Source: Bigelowiella natans CCMP2755
Lineage: Eukaryota; Protista; Cercozoa
DNA: 64,000 nucleotides
NCBI GenBank assembly: GCA_000320545.1
Contig: ADNK01002347.1
Span: forward strand, 1-64,000
Direction: 5' to 3'
Shown here one piece after another: positions 27,413 through 41,442 of this stretch (positions within the stretch are counted from its first letter, which is position 1; the number at the start of each line of letters is the position of its first letter). The notes under the pieces were generated by a model. It worked only from the letters and a program-made list of their open reading frames with translations, ran no database searches and had not been told where the DNA came from. Made by a program: the position numbers and the translations under genes.

Positions 27413-28612
27413 CATACTAAAATTCACCAGACTACTTGAGTGGCTCTCACGGATGCCTAAAAACTCATGGAAGCTCCTCGTATCCTCCTGCATGTGGAAT
27501 GATTATGCAGCGACAGGTCGAGGGAAAGAAATGAGGGGAGGAGGGGAGGCATTACATGACAGTATTAGTTTATCACTCTTTACATCCCTTCTCTATCCAT
27601 TCTGCCACGGCTTTCCTGCCTTTAACACTATAAGCATACGCACACACGAGGCACGATTCCACTCGTTAGCTGTTGTGAATGGGGATGCAAATCTCGATGG
27701 TTGGGCTCGCTATAAAACTGAGCGCGACCAAATACTTCAATATATCCGCGAGGTAGTTCCGCACATGCACATAGCCATCATTGTACAACTTGAGACATTG
27801 GAAACTGTCGTAGTAAAAATAGCCGAAAATGTCATAAAAGTAATCTTGATCTACGATCGACATATATACGTTCTTCGTGTTCTGCTGCACGCGACAGAGG
27901 GGAATTAGAAACGTTGTTCTGCTTTCTGCGGATGCGAATTGGAGCGGTATCTTCAAATTTAAGCAATCATCAGGGATAGAGGTAGAAACTAGTCAAGCGC
28001 ATTCACTACTTCCTCAAGAATGGGGGGGGTTAGGAGGAGACAGTAGAGATGATGCTATGACTGTATGACTCACATTGATGCTATTGTATTGGACAAAGGA
28101 TGATAAAGCTCGGATCGATAATACAATATATGAGTTTTCCGTGAGTCCCCTCGCCGCACCACCTCTTGACCCGGTATCAGCAAAAACTAATGGTGTATAG
28201 TTCGCGAGGGGGGGGGGAGAAATCGAGGGCAGTGGTAGCGACAGTACAGCAGTAGAAGTAGTAGTTGTGGAATTAAAAAGAAATTTTCAAAATACGATAT
28301 CTTGTAATGAATCTTCGCTTTTCACGACGGTGTTGTGCGTGATTTCGTAGTATATTGATGCCAACTTTTTTTTGAAAACCACAATATTCCTGAGTCGCTA
28401 TATTACTTCATCAACATACAATAGCAGCTATTGAAAGATGACCCCGAGCATGTAGTACATGTCACTAAAGGCAAGACGAATGGTATTAATGAGTAGTAGG
28501 ACTCCTTGAGACTTTAGGGGTAGAATTTTTAGAATACGCTGCACCAGTTGTTTCTCCATACATATGCGTCTCAAACCTCAATTTTGATCTGCAGACGGAA
28601 AATAATATGTGC

Positions 28613-28691
<79 letters not shown>

Positions 28692-28969
28692 CTGCGTGTG
28701 CCGTTTGTAGTATTTGGCTGGATGGATTTCAGTGAAAACGGAGGAGATTCGCTGACGTTTAAATTATTTCACTATCGTCCGGAGGAAAGTATAAGTAGAT
28801 TGATAGACGAGCATAACGATGGACAAATGACGATGAGTGCTTCAACGTTATTCAACTTTAGCTTCCATCCCCACTACACACCTTCAACTTAGGTCAAGAT
28901 TCTAATCGGGCTGCGCGGATAATGAGATTGGACTTGCTGGCTGAGAAGATTTTGAAGCGCAAGCGATGA
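25649..28969 (+). CDS. PhoD-like alkaline phosphatase/phosphodiesterase with N-terminal signal anchor and diverged metal ligands
   Basis: Motifs appear in PhoD order across exons: LGFGGC, FIFMGDFIYAD, YFMWNDHEIFDNY, VFVLDTRSFR, TMLGEKQ, WKLLVSS, DGWARYKTERDQIL, NVVLLSADAN, YEFSVSPL, FGWMDF. Confidence 0.82.
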
Positions 28970-29041
28970 ATGCTTTGTGCAGACAAAGTAGGCTTCGAAT
29001 ACATTGGTGGTGATTGTCGGGGCAGTGCTTAAATATGGTGT

Positions 29042-29124
29042 AAGACGGATGTAATCAATTTAAATTTGTTCAATGGTCATCCTCATGTAGCTGTCTAGCT
29101 GTGCAATCCAGCGGCTACAGCGCT
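29042..29124 (+). repeat. Dispersed intergenic repeat, copy 3
   Basis: agacggatgtaatcaatttaaatttgttcaatggtcatcctcatgtagct...gcggctacagcgct. Confidence 0.7.
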
Positions 29125-29874
29125 AACATTGAATCTGTTGGTCTCCACTATAATGTGCTTCATGCAATCAAATGCGTGTTGTTTCGGTCTTGAATAATGT
29201 CGCGCAGTAGTCTAGTAGTGCGTGTTTCCTTCTCATCGCAAGTCAATCATTTCATTTCGTCGTCACGCATCACTATTGCAGTGCGCTGGTTCCTCAAGCG
29301 GCGTTGATGTTATAATGTGTGGTGTGCAATGGGCGAGACAGAAGATGAGGTCTGCAGTGTGTGATGCGTGATGCGAGAATCACAAGGTGCAAAGTGCAAA
29401 GACTAAGCAACACAAGGACGGAGATAGCTGCATCGACTCTTGCTTGCTGGCGTCACTTGTACTGTGTGCTACATTGAAAGGAAATAATGAAATTGCATTT
29501 TATGCAGTGCGTAGGCAATCATATATATATTATCAATGCACGGCTTGGCGTGCATTGAATAACATCTTTCACGACAGTAGCTACGTTTATGTCGTATATC
29601 CGATCCCAGCGCGCGGATCAGATCGGATGAACTACTGCGCTATGTATCCGACATATTAGCTAGCAGCATAAATTCTTGCGTACCACGCCGCCGTATTCCA
29701 TTACGCTGTATAATCATCTGTTCACAATGCCCAGCGCGCACATGTACTATAGCGCAGCTAGCAGCAGCTGTGTAATTTGCATGGTATCAAATCCTTCGTA
29801 TATTATACATGTCTAGCTTGATTGGGAGATGCCGTGTACGTCACCAAGACACGCGTACGTTCGTACATTCAATC

Positions 29875-30794
29875 TCAAAGCAGAATTCCATTTTCATTTA
29901 AACTAGGCTGTAGTAGGAACACCATTCGATTCGCCTCATTACTGCGAATATTACATCGCCGTATTCTATGATAATCATGGTAGTTTTAGTGTCCTTAAAT
30001 CACCTTGGTATGTGCAAACGTGTTCTAGTAGACTTATGTCCGAGTAAGAACAATCACATATTAATCAATTACCTCGTCCAAGGGCAAGTATCGGTTCTAT
30101 GTGCCACCGTGAAACCACCAGCGAATTTTTTGGTGGGTACTATGGAATCCCTGTTTACGCATTGATATGCTCCTGCGAACCCTTTGTAGATTTTTCTTCT
30201 AAATCGAATGCTACTGCTCCTAGCCGCCGCAGGACTTGATGTTGATAATATATACTTATTATTATACTCAGATTGTCGCAGCAAAATCCCATCCTCGTGC
30301 GTCCGCCGATTACTTATGAGAGCTTTTCGTGATGGAACGGGGGCAGCTGTCGTAGCCCCGCGTCTTCGACAATGTTCTGTATATCCTAATATTTGTACAC
30401 CCGCTGCTACACACGGTCTTCGGCCGGTGGCTCTTGCTCGAAACATGCGCTTGTTCGTCGTTGTGTAAGCCCCGTAGGACGATGCTCCTTTTTGGGGAGA
30501 CGATAACGGCGAATCAATGGCATAGGACGGTTGGATACCATGACTTCTTCGACTTTGATGTATGTGTCCGATCTTTGACCACATTGTGTGCACGAAGACA
30601 GCAGTGGCAGGCAGGGGGAGGGTTTCTTTATGCGGTAGCTGAGAAAGATTTTCTTTCGTCTGCAGAGTTGGAATATAATCGTTGTCGCAGAGGAACAATA
30701 CCCTTGAAATCCAGGAAATACATGCATATTTCATCAAAACATCGGGCGATATTTTGATAGATGATTGATGACATATGTTTACTATATGCGACAA
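29875..30794 (-). CDS. Hypothetical basic protein; exon structure unresolved
   Basis: A 241-codon non-repetitive ORF (30069-30794) ends at a GT donor with plausible downstream mini-exons. No family recognised. Confidence 0.35.
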
Positions 30795-31290
30795 ATAATA
30801 ATTTATGTCGTTCTTTTTTTATCGAGAGAGTCACATGCTTTCCCGGGCATTATTCAAGGGAAAAAGCACAGAGCTCGGACGAGAAGCCAGACCCATGCAT
30901 GTCGTATTTTTACTATCGCAGAAAATGATGAAGGCGTTGCTGGAAAATGTACTTAGTTTTTCATCAATGTAAAAAAACATGATCTGCATATTATGAGATT
31001 ATTCTGAATATAGTTGTGATCATCCCTCCCGACAGGCTTACCCCTGTTGGTGCAGAACCCTTCAACCACTATTCAACCACAATTGACTGTGCGTTGTCCG
31101 GAAGAGCTGGCCGTTGGGGATCGGGAGAAGATTGTGGCTATTTAAAACACTGCTTCAGGTTACAAACACAAGCGTGTTTCCGACTACGGATATGCTTTGA
31201 TTTATTCGAAAAAATCTCAGTCCCCTCTTGCCATAATTAGTCAAGAGAAATTCAACTGATCCTTCGCACAAACTTTTAGTGTTGGAGACG

Positions 31291-32809
31291 ATGAAGCTGC
31301 CAACTTGGTGGTGCGTTGGCGGGGATCTCGGCCCTCTCGACCCGTCGGTCTATGACGTGACGTTATGCTTCCAATACACGTGCATAGCTCTCCCCGTCGC
31401 ATTGGGGTTCTTCCTCGCTTTCCTGAAGACTTACTTTCTCTGCCCAGGACCAGCCGAAACCCAAAACAACATGTAATTAAAATGCCCAAGAGGGTGATTT
31501 GTGTGAAACATCTAGTTTACTAATAATACATCTCAATCTTTCGGGTAGGTACCACCAGCTGTTCGGAAGTATGGATAGCGAAGTCGATCGAGACAGTAGC
31601 GTTGGAATTAACCAAATCAGACAACTGTGCACTGCATACAGTCGTCCCCTATGGGTTTCCTTAATAGCGCTGACGATATTTCCTTTCGCGGAGATCGTGA
31701 TTCGCTTTGCGCTTGGCTTGTTCGTGAGTGATGCCTGCTACCCATATCTCGGGATCATTGCAATGGAAATCTTCCGGTGACGCTTCTTCCTACATCCCAT
31801 GATTTCTCTTTGACTGTTATTCATATCGTCGTCATCTTCGTTTCTGCTCCCTTACCCTTCACTACGCAGCTCCGGCGCATATGTAATGTCGGTGTGGGTA
31901 CTGCTCTCAACCTCGCAAATCACGCCTCTGGTACGGTGCTTTTGGTTTGCTGAAGCCGTGGTAACCCTTAAAGAGCTGGAAGGCGGTCTTATGAGGTAGG
32001 GAGAGATACATTTACACACATCATGAGAAGGAGATATGATTCATCCTCCGCTTTGGGTGCGTCATGCTTGTGGGTACTTTTTCCAGCAGCGTTGTTGATG
32101 TTTTGTTTTAATAATTTATCTACACAATTGCCTATATTTATCCTACTATATTGCAAGGTGTTAGTCGTAGTGTGTTTTGCTGACGATTGTGCTGCGATTC
32201 TCTGTGTTCAAACGTACAGGACTATCTTCGACGACTATGACCAGATCCTTTTGATTCATGCTCTCAAGTAGTAAAACGGCAACTTTCATTGAAAATCGAC
32301 ACTACTACCGCTCTTATCTTATCTCCTTTCATTTTTCTATACAATTCTTGACAGGTTTATCTTCAACACCGTACTATTTGTATATGCATTGAAGCCTTCG
32401 TTTGTCGGCGAAGAGGACATTCTATGGCCAGCTGACGAGGTAGGAGCACTAATGAACCCCTCGTTTCCCCCCTAAAAACCGCGAATCCGCCAATTATCAC
32501 TCAATATCACTCAAATGACAATGCCACCTCTTTCCTCGGAACAATATATTGTCAAATGCGATGACGCGAATTGTAATTTCGTTAGTCGGTGCGGTATACT
32601 CCGTCAAGGAACTCGGGTAGTTTTTCTCCAACAGGCAGCGACCTCCTCACGCCGAAGGAGCACAGATCCGGTAGCACCGTTACTAGCCGGGATCACCGCG
32701 TTGTCTCTGCGGCATCGGAGCGCGTGTGGGATAACTTCCTTTACGATGATAGACTCGGGGGAAGAGGAGGAGCACCTCCAGGTAGCTTTACTGTTTTTCT
32801 CGCTTTCTC

Positions 32810-32851
<42 letters not shown>

Positions 32852-34485
32852 GATTTTGTTACCAAAGTCTATTATCATCGCCATCATCATCACCATCATC
32901 ATCATCATTAATGGCGTTGTTGTGATTAGGTTTTGAAGGTGGCGCAGGTATGGCTGCTGCTGTTGGTAGTAGCAGTATCCTTGATAATGATGATGATGTG
33001 GAAAGAAAAGGAGGAGGAGGAGAAGGAAAGTCTCTTTCTCTATTATCCTCCGACAGCATGCTGCAGCAATCGGGAACACCCCCTACATTCGGAAGGAAGA
33101 AGTCTTCGATGAGCTCCAGAGGGGGTATGATCACATACGAACAAACGTGCATATAGCAACAACATTTTCCCCAAATCTGCAGTAGTTGCACTCTTATTCT
33201 AAGGACACGGTTTTTTTCCAACGCCTTGAGCGTCTACGTCTTCAATTCCACTGATTTTCCCCCCCCCCCCCCCCCCCCCCCCTCTCCCTGGTGCTCTCGA
33301 TAGGCGTGGTCGATTTCTCCAGTGCCTCGTTGCTGGTGACAACATGGCTAGTCCGTAACAAAGGGAGGGGGGAGGAGACCGATTTTGCTGTGCAAGTGAA
33401 GGTTTCTTACGAGACAGGACTGCGTTTGGGCGCTGAGGGAGGTGCTGCTGCTGCTGCTATACCAAAAACAATACACACACAGAAAAGACACTCGATAAAG
33501 TAGAGACGGGTTGTGAATCGAACATATATCTCCTCCCCCTCCTTCTCCTCCTCCTCCTCCTCCTCCTCCTCCTCCTCCCCTCTCTCTCTCAGGCACCTTT
33601 AGAGTATGGCGGGCTTGGCCAAGATTTGTAGCGCTAGCTGCGGAAGTTCGCAACTGCGCGTCGTTGCATCGTATCGTGCCTCCAGAACTGCCCAGCAAGA
33701 AATCAGGAGGGAAAACGGGGTGAGGAGTGAATATATACTCCCTTGTTTTTCTTGTCCAGACTGATATTTATCCTATCCCCCTCCCCCCCCCCCCCGCCCC
33801 ATCCATCAGGTCCAGCAGTGGACAACGGAATCTTGAGCGTGATCGTGGCGCACTGGAGCTCTACCTTAATCAAGTGATGGGAGACCGAAGGTAATGACAA
33901 TCTAGTTTACCTCTGGAGCGGGGATTCGGGGGGGAGGGGGGTGAGGAGAGGATTAGCGATTGAACGGCTTGATATGGACTCTTCGTATTCACTCAAATGA
34001 CATCTCAAAAGCAGCATGCAATGATCGAATTGCACAAGACAGACAGCCAGCACTGTAACATGCGTATGATAGTAAACGGCAACTCTACCCACCACCAGGT
34101 ATTGGAGGCCATTATCACGATTTCTCCACGTCGAGGTGCGGCTCTCCTTGTCCGCAAACAAGCGCATGCGACAGCAAATACAGCAGCAGCAGCAGCAGCA
34201 GCATCATCAAAGATCTAGAAGCGAGCATATCGGTACTCCGGATCGACCCTACCCCTACCACTTTGAGGAAGGAGCAGAGGGCAAGGAAAGGCCACAAGCC
34301 CCCCCCCCTGTTTCCTCCTCTCTCGCCACCCCCTCCTCATTCCACCAGCAGCAGCAGCAGCATCATCAATATCACCAACCCTCGGTGACGACAGGAGCAG
34401 AGACCTCTGGCAGCACAAGCGCAGTCAACACTCGAAAGGCCTCAGAGGCCCTGCAAAGTGAAGGGTCAGGCGAGTTTATTCGCTC

Positions 34486-34517
<32 letters not shown>

Positions 34518-35645
34518 TTATCAAAAAGCAGCAGCAGATGTCCCAGCCCATCCAGCGCTTCTTTGAGAATCTGTTTCAAGTCTCAGTTCCAGAGTACTGC
34601 TACTACTACCACTACTACTACTACTACTACTATCACCACCACTATCACTGTTACTATCACTGCTAGTATTGATTAAAACCCGCTTTATTCGCGGAATGGG
34701 ATGTGAGTGATGCTTGTCCCCCCCCTCCCTCCCCAGCTTACTACTATACTGCTCCCGCTGCTGCTGCTACTATTAACACTAAATACGATGCTACCTACTC
34801 TCTCTTTCAGGTGGACCAAATGGACGGCAAAGGGCGGGTCTGTGCAGAGCCTATTCACTGTGCAAGTTATCTTGAGGCAGGGGGAGGGTAAGTTGAAATT
34901 AGCAATAGATCCAAATCCATCCCCACCGCAAGCACTAAAAAGAGAGCATCGTGCTCCCCGTCTTCGTCCACTCAAACCTATCGATCCGTCTTGCGCCGAT
35001 GTTTCTAATCTTTTATAAATCGACGCCGCTTCTTTTTTTTTTTTCCCTTTTCCTCATCGTCTCCTCCTCCTCCCCCTCCCCCTCCTCCTCCTCCCAATGA
35101 TCAGGATATGAACTACGCAAGATGCCGGAGGATTTTTCCGCCTTACGATCTGCCATATACAACAACATCACCAAGGACAATGCCCTGTCGAGGGCGACAC
35201 AGGTGCTCTACTCGCTGATTCTTCATGTGTGCCTGTATTATTATTACTATTATTATTAGTATTATTAATAATATAATATTTATTATTATTGTCGTCGTGT
35301 ATTTTTATTGTGTATTTTATGATGACGACGACGATGATGATGATGACGATGATGATGATGTGACTGTATTACTATTGTGGATTATATGATGATGAAGTTC
35401 GTCGTAAAACATCCTTGGCCTTTCCCCTCCCCCCCCCCCCTCCTCCTCCTCCTCCTCATCATCATCATCATCATGTGTATTACAATCCTCTAGCTACCGG
35501 CACTTCCTCAAAACCCGAGCGGGGCGGCGAAGGACGAGGAGATGGAACTTGTTAGAAACCATTACCAGGGTTTCCTACAGGAAATGTCCAACACCTCCAT
35601 CTTCCATTGTGAAGCGCTATATGCATTCCTAGCAGCTGACGTGAG

Positions 35646-35677
<32 letters not shown>

Positions 35678-36370
35678 GCGGAGATAGATTGGTGTTGTGA
35701 TAATCATGCTGTTTTGCAAGGAGCATCGATCGATACACACACGTACTGCTAGCACGTATTTCTTCATCCATTTAGATGTCTTGTGCGGAAGTGCAGCTTT
35801 TAGATTTTGTCCCTTTCCTGTATTCTGACACATACAATCGTGTGCGAATATATCCCCTGACAGCTCTCTATTTGTCCCTCCCCCCCCCCTCCCCCCCCAT
35901 CTGAGAAGAAGCAGGGCAGCGGCAGCAGCAATGCCAACCAACACGGCACGTTGTTCGATGCGATGACTCCGATATCCAGAACTCCGGAGTTCTCCAGCAA
36001 CAACTCTCCCTTGACAGCAGGAGGAGCTAGTCTTCTAGAGGAGAAGAGGCCGATGCTAGGAGGAGGGGGGGGGCTAGGCAATCCTCTTAAGCTCCAAACG
36101 CAGAAGCAGCAGCAAGAGGAGGGAGGGGGGGGAGGAGAATCCGCTTTCCAGGGAGAAAAAAAAATCATAGATGCAGAGACGATGGTGAGCAAAGGGGGGG
36201 GGGGCATGATGGTTGGCGACTACACGGAAGAGGAGGACAGGTTGCGCCGCATAGCTGTGATTCTGACGAATGGCGTAAGAGTCGTCGCAGACAAACGAAA
36301 TCGACTTCTTTTTCGAGGTGCTGCAAGAATAGAAGGAAGGCTTTACGATCGATAATAATAGTTCATCACC

Positions 36371-36401
<31 letters not shown>

Positions 36402-36476
36402 ACAACAACAACAACAACACCATTCGTATTATGGAACCTCATTTTCATAACCCTTGTTCTTTCACTTACGCACACG

Positions 36477-36536
<60 letters not shown>

Positions 36537-37144
36537 TTATTAAGATGCACGCTGTCAAATGATTGATCGAGTGATTGATCGATTGATTGATTGATTGGTT
36601 GGTTGGTCGTTGGTTATCCGACTACTAGGCTCTGATGCAGTGGATTTCCTTGTCCTCAACGGTGTCACAAGGGACCGTCGCCATGCGGTAAAGAGATCAT
36701 AATAACAACGACAATAACGATGATAAGAAGAAGAAGATTAGTTGTAGAAGTACTCATTTGTAGCTAGCAGAGTCAACGATGAATCGATTGTGTATATATA
36801 GCATACATGAGAACAAGGGAGGGGGGGGGGGGGGGGAGGGAAGGAAATAGCAGGATTTTGTTTTATTGATGTAATCACTACTCTCATTATAATCATCATC
36901 ATCATCATTATCATTATCAGGTGAATGTTGGCAATGCATTAATGCTGAATCTTCGTCTGTTCGATCACATCGACCTGTCACATGCGTTTCGAGACGATAA
37001 GAACATCATCTATGTGCTGCATCCGGAGAGAGTACAGCAGCAGAATTCGGTATTATCAGTTATTATTATTATTTTTTTTTTTTTTTTTTTTTTGCTACTA
37101 GGAATAGCTTTCCCCATTACATTGTTCTCTTGTTGAGTCATCAA

Positions 37145-37175
<31 letters not shown>

Positions 37176-37386
37176 CCTGAGTGCTTTCTTCTGATCTCCT
37201 CCTTGGAGAAACGCATCATCATCATCATCATCACCACCACCACCATCTCTGCTCGATGCCATCGGCGCGTTCTTTTCTCTCTCTAAACATAAATCACTGC
37301 ATACATACAAACATGCTGTGCTCAGGCGGAATCAAGCTCGGCAGCTATACCAATCGTTCCGAACCAAAATCATGAGCCCCGCAGAA

Positions 37387-37420
<34 letters not shown>

Positions 37421-37603
37421 CTTGGAAGTTGGAAGCGGGAAGCCTGGATCGGATGGGCGGGCTGGGGGGGGGGGGTCGTTGTCGAGTCAAACTGAGAAGG
37501 TGCTTGCTGCGGTAGATTTTAGCAATTCCCCGAACTACTCGTATCTCCTCGACGCTCCAGTTGGGGGGGGGGAGAGGAAAGGCGATGACGCTGAATCAGG
37601 TAG

Positions 37604-37645
<42 letters not shown>

Positions 37646-37919
37646 CTCCTTATGATGATAGATGATGAAATAAACCTACGCAGCGACAGCAGCAGCATTG
37701 GTGGTAGGCTCAACTCAATCCACAGAATCGATTCCCCCAGAAAACAGGTGGTACTGGCTGTTGTTGTTGTTGTTGTTGTTGTAGTTGTTCTTGTTCTTGT
37801 TTTTGACATTATTGTTCCAGCATCTTTCCCCTGCTTTGCATTTTGAGTTGGTGCGAGGAAGATGCATATCACAGCTTCATCAACATCATCGATATCCCCT
37901 TTCTCTTCTCACACGTGTG

Positions 37920-37958
<39 letters not shown>

Positions 37959-38456
37959 CACCGTTGCAGGCGCAAGGAGAGCATCCTCGTCGAGGGAAAA
38001 GACAACAAGAAGACAGAATTTTTCCTGCAAAAAAAAGGTATGATATTCGTCGCCCCTCCCCCCCTCCAATTATCATCATCATCATCATCATCACCACCAC
38101 CACCACCAGAGAAGAAGTGCGGTCTAGATCCCCTGAATAACCCAAATTGTATTCTCTCCTCCTCCTGCTGCTTACTACTACTACTACTAGGGGGTAGGAG
38201 GCGACTCAACCAAGGATTAGCTTCGGTTGCTGCTTCATCACATCGTTTTGAGGCCTCGGTCAGAGGATACACTGCGGGAACACCGACGTTCTTTAACATC
38301 CACGTTCGCGAGTAAGAGAGAAGAGAAAGAAAGAAGAGGGAGAGACGTATTGCTATGATGATGCTAGACAGTGCTACTATATAGGTAGCTGCTACTGTTG
38401 TTGTTGTTGTTGTTGTTGTTGTTCCTGCAGTAGAAGAAGTGGTAGGACAAGTTTGC

Positions 38457-38492
<36 letters not shown>

Positions 38493-39142
38493 ATGGGGAT
38501 GGTAGTGATCATAACGTTCATCACCAAACTTCCTACTAATTCTCTACCAAGGTACTATTCCACAACGCAGTACCTCGACTACAATATCCGAAGAAGATAC
38601 TCCGATTTCGAAAGTAATAGTAGTAGTTATAGTAGTAGTTGTAGTTGTTGTTGTTGTTGTAGTAGTATCTGTCGTTACTAACAATGGAAGTGCTGTACTA
38701 GTACTACAACTACTTGTAGTGGTAGAAGTATGAGTAGTAGTAGAAGTAGTAGTAGTAGTACACAAAACCAAAATAGCTCTATGCATATACAGCAGCAGCA
38801 CTCTCTAAGCTTGTCGCTTAAACATCTACCCCCCCGCTCTCTCTCTCTCCCTCCCTCCCCCTCCTATCTCTTCTCCCCGCTCATCTTCGCCGCTGCTGCT
38901 GATGTTGATTGATTGTGCAGAATTCCGCAAGATGCTAGTAGCCGTGCATGGAGACTCACGGGTCCCGAACCTCCCAACGAAGATTCAGCCGATAATGCAG
39001 AAGAAAGACACGTACAGAATCACCTTCACATTCTCATCATATTTTCCACTAGAATAAGCACGTGCGCTAGAGGGGCATTAGATAATAGGAAGCAAATAAT
39101 GAAAATGCCACTAGAACAGAATCTGGTTACTCACATATCCGT

Positions 39143-39178
<36 letters not shown>

Positions 39179-39896
39179 CAAACCACAATTGGAGAGAAAC
39201 GAGATTGCAGGAGAGGAGTCAGCAGCGTGAAGAGAAATCATCTTCTCTTCTTTTGCAGCGCCGTTTGACCTCCGCAGCACTAATTTGTCCATTCATTCAC
39301 TCGTGATCTTCCTCGCATGGAAAGAGAAAATGATGCTTCTTCTGCTACTGCTGTGTCAGATTTCTGGCAGCTCGGGCTACAGGTTTGGAAACATTCTTGA
39401 AGAGAGTTGTCAACACTGAGGTAGGCGATGTAGATGGCGAATAGAAATCATGGGTGCGATTGATGATGATGATGATGATGGCGATGATAGTGAATTAAGT
39501 ACTCAACGGGAAATCAACGATGTATCTCATCGTCCTGCTATAGATAGTTAGGCAGAAGTCTCCTAAAAGAGCACCTTCATCAGCTGCCTTGCACCTTCAT
39601 CAAAAGAGACGATAGCGTCCATAACAATCCATGCATGTGTGCTGCTGCTGCTGCTGCTTTTGCTATTACCAGATCTACCAAGGGCACTATCTGTTCGAGT
39701 TTCTTGCCAAAAACCAGGCACAGCAGTCGTTGACTCTTGGATCACAAGTTTCAGCTAACGTGGTGCGTTTTGCGGTGAATCTGGAGCAAATTATAGATAT
39801 GATGCATGATATCATGCCTTTCGCTGTAATGAGTTGTTAAATGCACGTGGGTGATGACAGGTGTCTGGAAGCTCGATAAATACTGTTCTTGAGTGA
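31291..39896 (+). CDS. Multi-pass membrane protein: ABCC/ABCB6 TMD0-like N-terminus + PX + PX + DEP + PX
   Basis: N-terminus DPSVYDVTLCFQYTCIALPV followed by about 5 hydrophobic helices. PX1: FAVQVKV...FRVWRAWPRFVAL...PPELPSKK...LERDRGALELYLNQV...LSRFL. PX2 (divergent): LFTVQV...YELRKMPEDFSALR...LPALP...ALYAFL. DEP: GVRVVADKRNRLLFRG...GSDAVDFLV...VNVGNALMLNLRLFDHIDLSHAFRDDKNIIY. PX3: FFNIHV...YNIRRRYSDFEKFRKML...VPNLPTK...FLAARATGLETFLKRVV. The 3' end is approximate. Confidence 0.8.
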
Positions 39897-40597
39897 GTTT
39901 CGTGTCAAGCATCAAGATAGTAAGAAGTGAATGACCAAGGGTAGATAGATCAGTCGTATACCGCTGATGCCAAGCGCAGAAAGCGTTGATTATTGCAGCC
40001 AAGAATTACAGGAGGTACCAATGGGTAACAAGCATTCTAAAAGTTAGTTCAGTTCTGAGATTAAGTCATTATTAAGCTAGTATGAGTGAGTACTCACATA
40101 TACGTCCGTCAGCTTCCAAACAAACTTTGAAAGTGTACGTAGAATCGATGCATGCAAATCATTAGATCGATGCTGCTTCTATTGCGTGTCTACGATCCGT
40201 GCATGTACTGGGCCTTGCGCTATGTCTTCACACCCTGCGCCGCTAGCTAGCTAGGTTGCACATGCTCTGTCTCCACACAGCACGCAAAGCTCTAGCTAGA
40301 GCTAGCAAGGTGCGATCGATGAATGGCTAGATGTGTGCGAGAGTGTGATGTGGGCATGCATGCTGCACAAGCTGTGTTGCTGCGATCATTGCCAAGAAAG
40401 CCTTCCGCGATCTTGCGTGATGCGCATTGAACGCACGTCCGTGCGTGCGCCAGCAGGTGTGTGATCGAACCCATGAACCAACTCGCACGTGGATGCACTG
40501 GTGCCTGTGCACGTGAGTGAGCTCATCGATCGTTGCTGCATGTGCGTGCGCGAACAACGTGAACAATGTGCTGATGAACTGCACTTCCAAAGTGTCA

Positions 40598-40760
40598 CAA
40601 TAGACACAGTAATAGCATGCATAATGTGCACATGATGTTACGTGTCCATGATGAGCATCCGCTGATTTAACGCACATTCTGCATTGTCTCAAAAGGGCTC
40701 ATACTTGCAACAGACATGGCAATAGCATGTGTAATATGTGCATGATATTACGTGTCTACA
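40598..40760 (+). repeat. 53-nt direct repeat (40598-40650 and 40708-40760)
   Basis: Ungapped alignment, 40/53 identical; every mismatch falls in a TA/CA/TG dinucleotide. Confidence 0.85.
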
Positions 40761-41442
40761 ATTGTTGCAAGACACTTGCAGTGCACGAAACGCAGTGACC
40801 ACCTCGAACTAGCTTTGGTGAGGTCTAGCTGGCTGGCTGGCATGACCAGCAGGTTTTCCAAATTGGCAATCTGGCCATCGTGGAACAATTCAGCCATCAG
40901 CAGCGTGGCGTCGACGTGGGGCGAATGCACATGAACAATGAACAATGAACAACAAACAATGAAGAAAGCGTTGATCAAAACTACATGCGCCAGAACCACA
41001 TGGGAGACAGGCATTTGCACGCAGCAGAGCACATGCAAGTCCAGAAAGTGCATGCCAATGATGATGATGATGACAATGATGATGGGGTTCCAATTGGGCA
41101 AAAATGCCCAAGTTTGATGTGCGATCTCTCGAAATCCATTGCCCCTACGTGACATTTTGCAAGCCGAGACAAACCCAGAAGGCGATCGCTAGGTCATTTG
41201 GCATGCCAGAACAATCGCAACATTTTTGCCCGGCAAGCAGACTGAATCCTGTGATGAACATCCAGTTTCCGATCATAACGGGAAATGCGAAAATTCAACA
41301 AAGTGTGGTGCATGTAGATCTAGCAACATGCATGTACGTGTAGTGTCAATGATGCTCTTAGTACCCGCTACTAACGGACTCATAGTGACGAAACGAAACG
41401 CTTCCATCACGACCATTTCGCTTTTAACACCGAGGAAGAACA

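Noticed and set aside
30069-30727. GY/GF motifs hinting at a ciliary microtubule inner protein
   Set aside because: The motifs are too degenerate and the reading frame is ambiguous.
33410-33592. Apparent non-canonical GA donor in PX1
   Set aside because: A canonical GT donor 6 nt downstream keeps the frame (YETGLRTFRV).
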